Shown: piece by piece, positions 39,965-49,497 of the stretch | Layout of the letters: each line of letters begins with the position of its first letter | Position numbering within the stretch: position 1 is the first letter of the stretch | Source: an uncultured Gemmatimonadales bacterium | GTDB taxonomy: Bacteria > Gemmatimonadota > Gemmatimonadetes > Gemmatimonadales > Gemmatimonadaceae | DNA: 64,000 nt | NCBI GenBank assembly: GCA_963850905.1 | Contig: CAWKMU010000003.1 | Location: 1,376,001 to 1,440,000, forward strand | Direction of reading: 5' to 3' | The notes under the pieces: generated by a model | What the model saw: the letters and a program-made list of their open reading frames with translations, nothing else | What the model was told of the DNA's origin: nothing | The model's database searches: none | Made by a program: the position numbers and the translations under genes

Positions 39965-39987
39965 GGGAACTGGAGGCGTCTAGCCTT

Positions 39988-41154
39988 TCATTTCCCCCCG
40001 GTGTTCGTATCTATATGCGCCGTCACCGACATGCCGGGGCGGAGCCGGCGGTTTGGGTCGACCGGATCGGTCGGTCGGAGGCGGACCGGGATGCGTTGTA
40101 CGACCTTGGTGAAGTTCCCCGTGGCGTTGTCGGGCGGGAGGAGCGCGAACTGTGCGCCCGTGGCGGCGGCAATGCTCTCGACGACGGCGTTGAACGTGTG
40201 GCCGCCGTAAGCGTCGACGTCGAGTTGCACTGCTTGGCCAACCCGGATGTCGTCGAGCTGGGTCTCCTTGAAGTTGGCGTCGACCCAAACGCCGGTGTCT
40301 GCGACGACGGTGAACAGAGTTTGCCCTGTCTGTACCAACTGACCCACTTCGACCTGCTTGCGCGATAACACGCCGCTGACGGGCGCGAGGATGCGTGTGT
40401 AGGACTGGTTCAGCACGGCTTGCTGTAACTCGGCTTGTGACGCGGCCAGGCGCGCCTGCGCCAGACGCACACCCGCCTGCGCGTTGGTCACGGTCGCACC
40501 GGCAGCGGCTGCCTGCTTCTGGGCGGCGATCAGGGAGGCATGCGCCGCGTCAGCAGTGGCCTGTACGGCGTCCAACTGCTGCTTAGAGACGATTTGTTGA
40601 TTCGCGAGCTGCTGGATGCGGCGCAGGTCCGACGTGGCTTTGTCGTAATTCGCCTGTGCGGCCGCGATTTGCGCGTCGGTCGCGGCGCTTTGGCCCTCGG
40701 CGGTCGCGACCTGTGCGGCGGCCTGGCCGGTATATCCCCGCATACCCACAGCCGCTTCTGCGCCCACAAAATCGGCCTGGGCCTGGGCTAGTCGCGCCTT
40801 GTAGTCCGCATCGTCGAGGACGACGAGCGTGTCGCCCTCGTTCACGTGCTGATTCTCCACGCCGTTGACCCTGAGGGCGTAGCCACCAACCTTGGCCAAC
40901 ACCGGCACGAGATGCCCTTGGACATACGCGTCATCGGTTGTCTCGTGCACGCGGGAATAGAGGAACGTCCTCACGCCCCACGTGATGGCGGCAACGCCCG
41001 CAATGCAGCCGAGCGCGATCAAGACGAGGCGGCGGCCGGGGCGCGCGGGAGTGGTGCTCACGCCCGATCCGGGCGGAGCTTGCTGGTCAGTCGCGCCTTG
41101 GGTGGCTGGCCGTTGGGGCGGTGCCTGCTGCTCGGGGCGAGCGGTGGTAGCCAT
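39988..41154 (-). CDS. HlyD/EmrA-family membrane fusion protein
   Basis: TDDAYV, WVDANFKETQL, LLPPDNATGNFTKVVQRIPV, LRPGMS. Confidence 0.92.
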   Translation of the reverse strand: MATTARPEQQAPPQRPATQGATDQQAPPGSGVSTTPARPGRRLVLIALGCIAGVAAITWGVRTFLYSRVHETTDDAYVQGHLVPVLAKVGGYALRVNGVENQHVNEGDTLVVLDDADYKARLAQAQADFVGAEAAVGMRGYTGQAAAQVATAEGQSAATDAQIAAAQANYDKATSDLRRIQQLANQQIVSKQQLDAVQATADAAHASLIAAQKQAAAAGATVTNAQAGVRLAQARLAASQAELQQAVLNQSYTRILAPVSGVLSRKQVEVGQLVQTGQTLFTVVADTGVWVDANFKETQLDDIRVGQAVQLDVDAYGGHTFNAVVESIAAATGAQFALLPPDNATGNFTKVVQRIPVRLRPTDPVDPNRRLRPGMSVTAHIDTNTGGK

Positions 41155-41273
41155 GGCTCAGAGTCGGGTGGTGGTAGAGGAGCGACGCTCGTGGTGGTGG
41201 CGGTCGGCGGGCGGACAGTCCGCGTCTGGCGCGGGCGTCGGCGAGCGGTCGCGACTGAGAAGACACGAATTTT

Positions 41274-42764
41274 TCATGGCAATTCCGTGACCGAACCGGT
41301 CGCTCGGGCGAGCGACACGCGCGCCGCCTGATAGCTGGTGAGGGCGTTCACCTGCAACGTTCGGGCGCTGTTGAGGTCGAGCGATGCGGTGATGACATCC
41401 GCATTGCCCGCGACGCCGGCTCGAAAGCGTTCCTGCGATTCGCTGAGCTCCTGCTGTGTGAGGCGCAACTGCTCGTCGGCAGCATCGAGTTGCTGACGGG
41501 CGGCCGCGAGGTCGAGAAATGCCCGCCGAACGTCGATCGCAGCCTGCTGTCGCAGGTCGCGTTGCTGCACCTGGAGTTGTCTCGTGACCGCTTGTTGCTC
41601 TTCGATGCGGGCTTCGCGACGCAGTCCGTCGAACACCGGAATTGTCACGCCAATGCCCCAGCTGTAAACGGGGAGCATGCGGACATAGTTGCCGCCTTGG
41701 ATGCCCTTGTTGCCGAACACATCGAGTGACGGCAAGCGCTCGGCCCGAATGGCTGACACCTGCTGCTGGGCGGCGGTCAGCTGCTCATCGAGCGCACGCA
41801 GATCCGGCCGGTGCCGGAGCGCGAGGTCGATCTCGTCGGTTTCGCGTGGCAGCGTATCGCTGATCGGCATGCTGCTGAGGGAATCGCTGAGGACGACGTG
41901 GGCGTCGAGTGACAGGCCCAAGGCGCGCAGCAAATCCAGCTGGGTTCGATCACGGTCGCTGCGCGCGGCGATGAGCTGCGCGCGGGTCGATGCGAGTTGC
42001 GCCTGCGCCCGGGTGACGTCGAGTGCAATCCCGACGCCAGCCTGGAGCTGTTGTCGAGCGATGTTGAGGAGGTCCGCCGCCAGCGACGAATCCGCCAGTC
42101 GGGCCTCCAGCACCGCATTCGCCTGTTGGACCGCCAAGTACGCGGCGGCGGCACTCCCCGCAGCATTCTGGGCCGAGCTGGATGCGACGGTATTCTGCGC
42201 CTGCTCTGCCATCCGTGCCTGCCGATAACGTTGAATCACGGCAAAGTTGAAGAGCGTGTCGTAGGCCCAGCCGCGAAGCTCGGTTGCCTTGATCGGCGGA
42301 AAGTCGACGCCGCTTGGCGGCAGGAACGTGTTGAAATTGAACGGCGACCCGGGCGGCAGCGGGGGGAACCGCAGCAGCGCGGCGCTATTCTCGACGAGCT
42401 CCGTCTCCTGTCCCAGCCCATAGATCGTCGGCAGGAAGGAGCCGCGTTTGAGGTGCGACTGGGCATTGGCCTGCTCAGCCTGGGCTCGGGCCTCCTGTGC
42501 GGTGGCGCTCTGATGCGCGGCGAGCCGTGCCGCATCACCCAGGGAGAGCACCCGGGTGCTCGTGTCTTCCTGGCCTGCAGCGGAGCGCGGACCCGCCGCG
42601 ACTGCGGCGACCGTCGCGGCAGTGAGGACGAGTGCCGCCCGGACGGTGCGCAACGTGGTAGTCAGTGCGCCGGTGGCAGAACACGAGTGACGCGGACGTG
42701 CGGCGGTCATAGGCAAAGGGCGGTATCCAGAACGGCGTGTGTCAGGTATCGAGTCGAGCGTCAT
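41274..42764 (-). CDS. TolC-family outer-membrane efflux protein
   Basis: LSLGDAA, LP duplicated motifs, IPVFDG, RFRAG, LARATG; start uncertain. Confidence 0.88.
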   Translation of the reverse strand: MTLDSIPDTRRSGYRPLPMTAARPRHSCSATGALTTTLRTVRAALVLTAATVAAVAAGPRSAAGQEDTSTRVLSLGDAARLAAHQSATAQEARAQAEQANAQSHLKRGSFLPTIYGLGQETELVENSAALLRFPPLPPGSPFNFNTFLPPSGVDFPPIKATELRGWAYDTLFNFAVIQRYRQARMAEQAQNTVASSSAQNAAGSAAAAYLAVQQANAVLEARLADSSLAADLLNIARQQLQAGVGIALDVTRAQAQLASTRAQLIAARSDRDRTQLDLLRALGLSLDAHVVLSDSLSSMPISDTLPRETDEIDLALRHRPDLRALDEQLTAAQQQVSAIRAERLPSLDVFGNKGIQGGNYVRMLPVYSWGIGVTIPVFDGLRREARIEEQQAVTRQLQVQQRDLRQQAAIDVRRAFLDLAAARQQLDAADEQLRLTQQELSESQERFRAGVAGNADVITASLDLNSARTLQVNALTSYQAARVSLARATGSVTELP

Positions 42765-43411
42765 GCAGAGCCGGGCGCGGTGGCTCCGACCGGAGCCACC
42801 GCGTGGAAGAAGAAGTCCGTCAACTGCTCAAAAAGCTCCTCGTCGGTGGTCGGAGGAGTGGGGGCGCACACGCCCGAGCTGACCCAGAGCGCGTGCATGG
42901 CAAACATCGACGCCATCATGCGGCCCGCTACGTGGGGATCGATGGGCCGGAACTCGCCAGACTCGATGCCGCGTCGAAAGAGCCGGTCGAGGAACTGCCG
43001 CTTGCGGCTCACCACTTCGTCCCAGTAGAAGGCCATCAACTCGGGGAACCGGTGGAGCTCGGCAATCACCAGCCGCATGACGACCTGGTAGGCCGGGGAC
43101 CGCGTCAGTGACCACAGCCCCTGCATGTAGTCGCGGAGCTGGTCGGTCGCGCTGGCGCCGCGGTCGGCGACGAAGTCTCGTTCCGAGCGTTCGAGGTGGG
43201 CGATGACCGTTTGGCGGATCATCTCCTTGAATAGCGCTTCCTTGTTGGGGAAGTAGAGGTAGATGGTGCCTTTGGCGACGCCTGCGCGCTTGGCGATATC
43301 CTCCAGCCGAGCCCCGGCGAGCCCGTGTTCGCCGAACACTTCGAAGGCTGCCTCGAGGATCTGCTGGGGCCGTTCCTCGGGCAGCCGCCTCCATTTGACG
43401 GCGTTCCCCAT
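42761..43411 (-). CDS. TetR/AcrR-family regulator
   Basis: ILEAAFEVF..G, IAKRAGVAKGTIYLYFPNKEALF, GIESGEFR. Confidence 0.93.
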   Translation of the reverse strand: MGNAVKWRRLPEERPQQILEAAFEVFGEHGLAGARLEDIAKRAGVAKGTIYLYFPNKEALFKEMIRQTVIAHLERSERDFVADRGASATDQLRDYMQGLWSLTRSPAYQVVMRLVIAELHRFPELMAFYWDEVVSRKRQFLDRLFRRGIESGEFRPIDPHVAGRMMASMFAMHALWVSSGVCAPTPPTTDEELFEQLTDFFFHAVAPVGATAPGSA

Positions 43412-43420
43412 GCCCGACAA

Positions 43421-43440
43421 CTTACTGACCGGTCAGTCAG
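43421..43440. promoter_or_regulatory. Probable TetR operator CTTACTGACCGGTCAGTCAG
   Basis: 20-bp palindrome with one mismatched pair, overlapping a TAAGTT -10 box just upstream of tetR. Confidence 0.7.
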
Positions 43441-43448
43441 GAAGCAAC

Positions 43449-43482
43449 CGGGGGCCTGGGGCCCCAAACCCCAGACCCCGCG
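43449..43482. repeat. Short heptamer-repeat remnant
   Basis: GGGGGCCTGGGGCCCCAAACCCCAGACCCC, same unit as the 16.6 kb and 22.9 kb arms. Confidence 0.55.
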
Positions 43483-43490
43483 TCTCTGCC

Positions 43491-43667
43491 CTACTTCGTG
43501 GTCTCCGCTGCCGTCGCGCCCTCGGCGTGCTCGTAGTGGGCGTTGGTGAGCTTCACGATCCCCACGAGGACGAGGGCGAGGATAATGGCGCCCACGATGA
43601 GCCCGCGGAACGCGGGGGCGGTGTCGGGACCGCTGTGCGGGGGATACTGGTCGGTGTGGTCCGTCAT
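43491..43667 (-). CDS. Small single-TM protein (58 aa, absent from the ORF track)
   Basis: [62 protein letters not shown] overlap with the PPIase stop. Confidence 0.65.
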   Translation of the reverse strand: MTDHTDQYPPHSGPDTAPAFRGLIVGAIILALVLVGIVKLTNAHYEHAEGATAAETTK

Positions 43668-44125
43668 GCGACGCGAACGCTGGTCATAGAGTCCTGTGCT
43701 TTGATTTGCTTCATCACGTCGAGGCCCGCCGAGATCTTGCCAAACACCGTATGTACTCCGTTCAGATGCTTGGTGTTGGCCTCGCTGAGAACCATGAAGA
43801 ATTGGCTGCCGCCGGTGTCCTTCCCGGCGTGCGCCATTGAGAGTGCTCCGATTTCGTGAGTGCGTCGATTGCCCTTCGTTTCACATTTGATCGTGTAGCC
43901 CGGACCACCCGTACCGACCCGCCGATCACCTGGAGGTAAATCACGCGACAGCGGATCACCCCCCTGTACCACAAAGTCGGGGATCACACGGTGAAACTTG
44001 ACGCCGTCGTAGAACCCCGAGTTCGCCAGGCGCTCGAAGTTCGCCACGGTCTGCGGCGCGTCGGCGTCGTACAACTCGGCGACAATAGTGCCGCGGTTCG
44101 TCTCGATTGTGGCGTGTTTGGTCAT
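43664..44125 (-). CDS. Cyclophilin-type peptidyl-prolyl isomerase
   Basis: [40 protein letters not shown]. Confidence 0.95.
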   Translation of the reverse strand: MTKHATIETNRGTIVAELYDADAPQTVANFERLANSGFYDGVKFHRVIPDFVVQGGDPLSRDLPPGDRRVGTGGPGYTIKCETKGNRRTHEIGALSMAHAGKDTGGSQFFMVLSEANTKHLNGVHTVFGKISAGLDVMKQIKAQDSMTSVRVA

Positions 44126-44185
44126 GCGCTGGAAGGTTAGCGACGAAGGAGGGTGAAAAGAAGTCGGGCGACGACCCCAAGCTGC

Positions 44186-44893
44186 CTATGCTCGCCGGCT
44201 CCGCTTGACCTTGGTCAGCTTCTGTCCGGTCGGACAGATGTCGAGCAGTACGCAGCGTGTGCACGCGGGAGCGCGTGCGCTGCAGACACGGCGCCCGTGG
44301 AAAATCAGCAAATGGGAGATAATGGTCCAATCGTCCTGTGGAATGAGGCGCATCAATACCTGCTCGACCTTGACGGGATCGGTCTCCTTGGTAAGGCCAA
44401 GCCGGACCGCCAAGCGGCCCACGTGCGTGTCTACGACGATCCCATCGTTACGATGACACGCGTTCCCGAGCACGACGTTGGCCGTCTTGCGCCCGACCCC
44501 GGGGAGCGTCACCAGCGCGTCCATCGAGCAGGGCACGTTGCCCCCGAATCGCTCGACCAGCGCGCGAGACATCCCCCTCAGGCTCCGCGCCTTGGAGCGA
44601 AAGAACCCCGTGCTCCGGATGATCGTCTCGAGCTCGTTGGTGTCGGCACTCGCCAATGCCTCGGCATCCGGATAGCGCGCGAACAGCGCCGGAGTCACCA
44701 TGTTGACCCGTACATCCGTCGTCTGCGCGCTGAGAATCGTGGCGACCAGCAGTTCGAACGGCGTGCGGTATCGGAGCTCGGTGCGCGCGTCGGGATACTC
44801 TCGTCGGAGTCGCTCGAGGACCTCGAGTGCCACGCGCCGGAGCGCCGCGTCGGAACGCGGCGGGCGCGATCCGCGCGGACGGCTCGTGGTCAC
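44186..44893 (-). CDS. nth: Endonuclease III
   Basis: LSAQTTD, Hh[15 protein letters not shown]-x6-C-x2-C-x5-C Fe-S motif. Confidence 0.96.
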   Translation of the reverse strand: MTTSRPRGSRPPRSDAALRRVALEVLERLRREYPDARTELRYRTPFELLVATILSAQTTDVRVNMVTPALFARYPDAEALASADTNELETIIRSTGFFRSKARSLRGMSRALVERFGGNVPCSMDALVTLPGVGRKTANVVLGNACHRNDGIVVDTHVGRLAVRLGLTKETDPVKVEQVLMRLIPQDDWTIISHLLIFHGRRVCSARAPACTRCVLLDICPTGQKLTKVKRSRRA

Positions 44894-45387
44894 CGCTCTG
44901 CCTCGGGCTCCGGCGTCTGGACCCCGGCGTGGTGCCGCAGCGTCCCAATGAGCTCGTAGAGCTGCTTTTCGGTCAACTCGATCTCCTGGGCTGCCCCATC
45001 AGCGTCCAACAATCCCGCACGCATCGAGATTGCGACCTGGTTCATGTACCGCACCTTCGCCAGGATGTCTTCCGTGACGCGTCGCAAGCGGTGATACCGC
45101 CGTTTCTCGGCCACACCGCGGTGATAGCGACGCACCAGATCGTCCGCCCGGAGGCGCATCGCCATCGCGAGCACGTCGGCCACGGAACGCCCCGGCAACG
45201 CACCGCGATCGGGAAAGCCGGTGTCCTCGTCCCATGCGTCATCCGCAAACCACAGTCGTCCGACGTACTCGACGCCATCGAAAAACGTGTGCAACGTAAC
45301 CCGAAAGCGCCGACCGTCGACATCGATCGTGCCAACGGACATCGACTCCGGGTGGCGACTGTCGCGACGGCGCGCAGGCCGGCTCAT
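44890..45387 (-). CDS. Hypothetical protein
   Basis: Start/stop overlaps with both neighbours; no recognised motif. Confidence 0.6.
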   Translation of the reverse strand: MSRPARRRDSRHPESMSVGTIDVDGRRFRVTLHTFFDGVEYVGRLWFADDAWDEDTGFPDRGALPGRSVADVLAMAMRLRADDLVRRYHRGVAEKRRYHRLRRVTEDILAKVRYMNQVAISMRAGLLDADGAAQEIELTEKQLYELIGTLRHHAGVQTPEPEAER

Positions 45388-46328
45388 GACCGACTGGCAG
45401 GGGATGACCGGCCGCTCGCGCCCGGTTCGGGCGCCATCGGCTGGATCGGGCCAAGAAACCGTTCGAGCGTCGTGAAGAGGACCTCCGGTCGCTCGACGTA
45501 CGGCACATGGCCGCTGCCCTCGATCACCACGAGCTCTCCACCGAGCGCTTCGGCCACCGCCGTCGACGAGGCGAGGGGAATTGGGTCTTCGCGCCCATGC
45601 ACCACGAGGGCGGGCACCCCCAATCGCGCACGCAGACGAGCGAGCGCCGGCAGCAGGTCGTAGTCATTGAGACTTTCCCAGACGGTGCGCTGGACACGCC
45701 CCACAACGCGAAAGGGCGTCAATTGGGTCACCCGCGCCGGGTCGGCGAAATACCCGGCGACGCTCAACTCGAAGGCCCGCTGCCGGTACGCCGCCGGATC
45801 CGATTCGCGCAGGCCCGAGGCCGCGAGCGAGGCGCGGTCAGCGCGCATCGTCTCGCTCTCACCGCGACGCTTGAACTCCGCCTCGAAGGCGGCCCGATAC
45901 TCGCGCGTCACTGCAGCCGGATCGATGAGCGCCAGGCGCCCCGGCGGTCGCAAGGTCGAATCGGTCAGAGACTCAGTCGCATACAACATCGCCAGCAGCC
46001 CACCCCACGAATACCCGACGATCGGCGGAAGCGCGAGTCCGAATTCACGCACCACGGCGCCAAGGTCTGCCACCTGCGTCCGCCAGGTGACCACGTCGTG
46101 TGTGTCTGTACGCGACTTGCCGCCCCCCCGCTGATCGTAGAAGAGCAGGTCGTAGCGGTCGGCAAGCCGCAGCATTTGCGGCAGCAGATACCGATGGTCG
46201 GCGCCGGGCCCGCCGTGTAGCACGAGCACCCTGGGCGCCCCACGCGCGCCATAGGCAGCCCAGTACAGCGGCACCGGAGTGCTCTGCGTGTAGCCGCACT
46301 CGCGCGGGTCGGGGATCGCCAGCGGCAC
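45384..46328 (-). CDS. Alpha/beta hydrolase (proline iminopeptidase-like)
   Basis: LHGGPG, YDQRGGG, GYSWGG, HGREDPI, SGH. Confidence 0.88.
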   Translation of the reverse strand: MPLAIPDPRECGYTQSTPVPLYWAAYGARGAPRVLVLHGGPGADHRYLLPQMLRLADRYDLLFYDQRGGGKSRTDTHDVVTWRTQVADLGAVVREFGLALPPIVGYSWGGLLAMLYATESLTDSTLRPPGRLALIDPAAVTREYRAAFEAEFKRRGESETMRADRASLAASGLRESDPAAYRQRAFELSVAGYFADPARVTQLTPFRVVGRVQRTVWESLNDYDLLPALARLRARLGVPALVVHGREDPIPLASSTAVAEALGGELVVIEGSGHVPYVERPEVLFTTLERFLGPIQPMAPEPGASGRSSPASRS

Positions 46329-46354
46329 GGGGGGAAAATACAGCGTCTAGCCCC

Positions 46355-49210
46355 TCAGCGCCCGAACCACCAGTCCAGCTTGATCAGGAAAATGTCGTCC
46401 GCCGGCGCGCGCGAGAGATACCCCTGGTCTCGGCCGAGGGCAAAATTTCCGACGTTGCCGTAGAGATTGTCGTCCGCGCGCATCTGTTGCCAGACGAAAT
46501 AGATGGTCGAGCCGGGGCGGTACTCCCAGCGCAGGACGGCGTTCCCACGGAGCGATCGCGTGTTGAAGTCCGGATTGGCGATCTCGAACGCACCCGGTGT
46601 GGCCCCTGCACCGCTGCAGACCGGCACCTCGGCGTTGGCGGGGCCGTTCGGATCGATGCAGTACGACCCGTCGCTTTGCTGGTGGATGCTCCCGATGTCG
46701 ACGCCGTACACGCTCTTGTGCAGCTGGCGCGGATGATCGAACTGCTTGAATGCGTAGTATCGTCCGCTCGCGAAGAACGGCTGCGCGTAGACGTCGAGCG
46801 TCAACGTCGGCGTGAACGCCAGCGAGATGCGCGTGTCCAGCGACAGCGTGACCTGGTCGATGTTGGCGAAGACGTAGCGCGTGTTATAGAACAGCGCGTA
46901 GCCGGGTGCGACGACTGATGTGTCGTACTGCTGATTGGTCCGCGTGAGATCGAGTGATGGGCCGAAGCTGAAGGAGACGTTCGAGGCCGGCTTCATCAGC
47001 GCGGTGATCCGTGGTGTGACCTCCTGCGTCGGTTCGTTCACCCCTACATTGCCCTCGACCTGGCCCTGCAACACGAACCAGCGTCTGGCATCGCTGTTGA
47101 CGCCGATCAGGGCATCCTGGTAGCCGTGCCGCTTGACGACGGGCCCACCCCGTGTGAGCTGGTCATCCATCACGGTCGGGTGATAGATGTAGAAGCCGTA
47201 CACGTTCCAGAAATTGAGGAACTGGAGGTTGAAGAACGTCTGGCCCTGCATGTCTGTTCGGTCGCCGTCGTAGTTATGCTGCATTTGGCCGCCCACACTC
47301 GTGAAGATGCTGCGATACCACGAGGTGGGCACGGTCCATTGCCGCCCGAGATTGGCGTTGTTCCAGACGTAATCGGCTCTGCGGAAATAGGCGAGATCGT
47401 TCACCTCGAAACCGGGACTTCGGGCATTGGTCGCGACTTCCCAGAGCCAGTTGCCGTTGTCCTTCCCCAACCGCAGGTAGCCCCCATAGCCGCGAAGCGA
47501 GGTCGCGTTCGAATCGAGCCGGGTGCTGAATAGTCCGCCACCGACATTGCGGCGATCCGGACGCTGGAAGTAGTGGGCGCTCGATTCCTGCGTCAACAGA
47601 ATGGACTGCGGCGTCCCGCCCACGTCGGTGATGACAAAGTTCCCCATGAGCGAGTAGTTCTTGGCCGACCAGGTGGTGACGAAATCGCCGCCCGCGGCCT
47701 CGGCGCTTTGATGCAGGCTGTCCGCCAGAATCGGGCTATCCAGATTGCGGTTGGTCGACGTCACCATGCCGCCTACGGTCGTCGCGCCCTCCCCCAGGTC
47801 GTGCTTGACGCGCGCGACGAAGTAGTTCGACAACGGCTCCATCGGCGCCGTATGAGGTGCGCTATCGATGGCCATAGTGTAGGCGCCGTTTTCCTGGCTC
47901 GTCACGGCGTCGAGCACACCGACCGTAAAGCCGCCCTGCGTGCGGCCCGTGATCTTCGCGGCCCCAATGATGTTCGTGTTCGTCGGGATGTTGCTGTACG
48001 CTGCCAGGTTGCCGTAGTAGTTGCCGAGCTCGGGGTACCGACCGATGCGCCGCGAGTAGAAGAGGGACATCGACTCGACGTTGCTGCAGAACATGCAGTT
48101 GAACCGCCCGAAATCGAAATCACCGGCTCCCGACACGAAGAACGGTCGCTTCTCCGGATAGAACGTTTCGAACGCACTCAGGTTCACGACAGCCGGATCG
48201 ACTTCGACCTCGCCGAAGTCGGGGTTGGCGGTCGCGTCGAGCGTCAGATTCGAGCCGAGCAAGTACCGGACGTCGCCACCCACACGCATTTGATTGGTGT
48301 GCACATGATTGAGCGGCGTGCCGAAGTTGGCGGCGTTGTCTTCGGTCTGGCCGGAGACGTACGGGAGGAGCTCGAACTCGCGCGGCGGCCGTCGCAGCAC
48401 GAGCCCGGTGAGGTGTCCGTAGGTCGCCGGCCCAGTGTCTTCGTTTTTCCGGGAGAATGCCCACTCATCGCGCTCGTTGTTGCGATCGATTCGCCGGAGG
48501 ATCTGGAGTCCCCACGTCTGCACAGTGTCGCGAGCCGCGAATCGGAGCTGTGAGAGGGGGATCCGCAACTCCGCTGTCCACCCCAGCGAGTCGACGCGAG
48601 TCGCCTCTTCCCAGACTGGGTCCCACGACGGGTCGAGATTGCTGCCACCTTCGCCCAGCGCGTCGCCAAACACGCCTGCCGGATTGACCTCGAATACGGC
48701 TCGTGTCAGGTGGTCGTGATAGGGATCGAGAATGATCGTGAGCTTGTCGGAGGTCAGTTGCGAGTTGTTCCCATTGTCCAGGTCCAACTGTTGATCGCGA
48801 CGCACCATTCTCGACCGGACACCTTTGGCACCCAACGAGTCGTACATGCGAGCGCCGATGTACAGTGCCGTCTCGTCGTACAGCACACGCACTTCGGTGC
48901 GCTCGGTGGCCGTCGCACCCTCCACGGGATCAGTCTGGCGAAACGCCGTGATGGGCGGCGCCGCGGCCCAGTCCGGTTCCTCGAGCCGGCCGTCGATGGT
49001 GATGGTACCCGTGCGCCGTACAGCTCGCGCCACGGGGGGAGGCGTGTGATGGATGGATTCCGACTGGGCGTGTGTCGCGCGTGCGGGGATCGCCCCGACA
49101 GCAGCTACGAGGCTCCAAGTGCTCGCGAGTCGCGTTGCCCTCGAGCGACAGAGCACGCGATGCGCGCATGATGCGAGGCGCGTCTCGATAGCTCGCGAGT
49201 GTCGACGCAA
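46355..49210 (-). CDS. CBM9-like + DUF5916 outer-membrane protein
   Basis: IDGRLEEPDW, NPDFGEVEVD, YPEKRPFF, YSRRIG, RWEYRPGS; start uncertain. Confidence 0.85.
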   Translation of the reverse strand: MRRHSRAIETRLASCAHRVLCRSRATRLASTWSLVAAVGAIPARATHAQSESIHHTPPPVARAVRRTGTITIDGRLEEPDWAAAPPITAFRQTDPVEGATATERTEVRVLYDETALYIGARMYDSLGAKGVRSRMVRRDQQLDLDNGNNSQLTSDKLTIILDPYHDHLTRAVFEVNPAGVFGDALGEGGSNLDPSWDPVWEEATRVDSLGWTAELRIPLSQLRFAARDTVQTWGLQILRRIDRNNERDEWAFSRKNEDTGPATYGHLTGLVLRRPPREFELLPYVSGQTEDNAANFGTPLNHVHTNQMRVGGDVRYLLGSNLTLDATANPDFGEVEVDPAVVNLSAFETFYPEKRPFFVSGAGDFDFGRFNCMFCSNVESMSLFYSRRIGRYPELGNYYGNLAAYSNIPTNTNIIGAAKITGRTQGGFTVGVLDAVTSQENGAYTMAIDSAPHTAPMEPLSNYFVARVKHDLGEGATTVGGMVTSTNRNLDSPILADSLHQSAEAAGGDFVTTWSAKNYSLMGNFVITDVGGTPQSILLTQESSAHYFQRPDRRNVGGGLFSTRLDSNATSLRGYGGYLRLGKDNGNWLWEVATNARSPGFEVNDLAYFRRADYVWNNANLGRQWTVPTSWYRSIFTSVGGQMQHNYDGDRTDMQGQTFFNLQFLNFWNVYGFYIYHPTVMDDQLTRGGPVVKRHGYQDALIGVNSDARRWFVLQGQVEGNVGVNEPTQEVTPRITALMKPASNVSFSFGPSLDLTRTNQQYDTSVVAPGYALFYNTRYVFANIDQVTLSLDTRISLAFTPTLTLDVYAQPFFASGRYYAFKQFDHPRQLHKSVYGVDIGSIHQQSDGSYCIDPNGPANAEVPVCSGAGATPGAFEIANPDFNTRSLRGNAVLRWEYRPGSTIYFVWQQMRADDNLYGNVGNFALGRDQGYLSRAPADDIFLIKLDWWFGR

Positions 49211-49497
49211 TCACAACTCCGGAGCAGGGCACAGTCGGGCACGAGCGCGAGCAACGTCGACGACTTGGACTCCGCCAGACGGCGAAGGGTTTGATCCGAC
49301 GCCGGCGAGGACGTTGAGCGATCGAGCATCGCAAAGTGGGACAGTGGGGATGGGGCGGCCCGCGACGGTGACGGGACGCCCTGTTGCGGCAGCGGTGATC
49401 AACTCGTCGTCAAGCATTGGTGGCTCGCGGTCGGCTGCTGGCCTCGCGAGCCGCGCGTGATCACCGCTTTGCCTGCGTGAGCTGCCCGCTACCGTCT

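Noticed and set aside
41158..41277. 39-aa ORF between the TolC and HlyD genes with an ATGA overlap
   Set aside because: Low-complexity sequence with no recognisable feature; cannot be told from a chance ORF
49211..49497. Possible ncRNA or riboswitch in the larger intergenic gaps (also 25820-26110)
   Set aside because: No recognisable conserved RNA motif by eye; a covariance-model search would be needed
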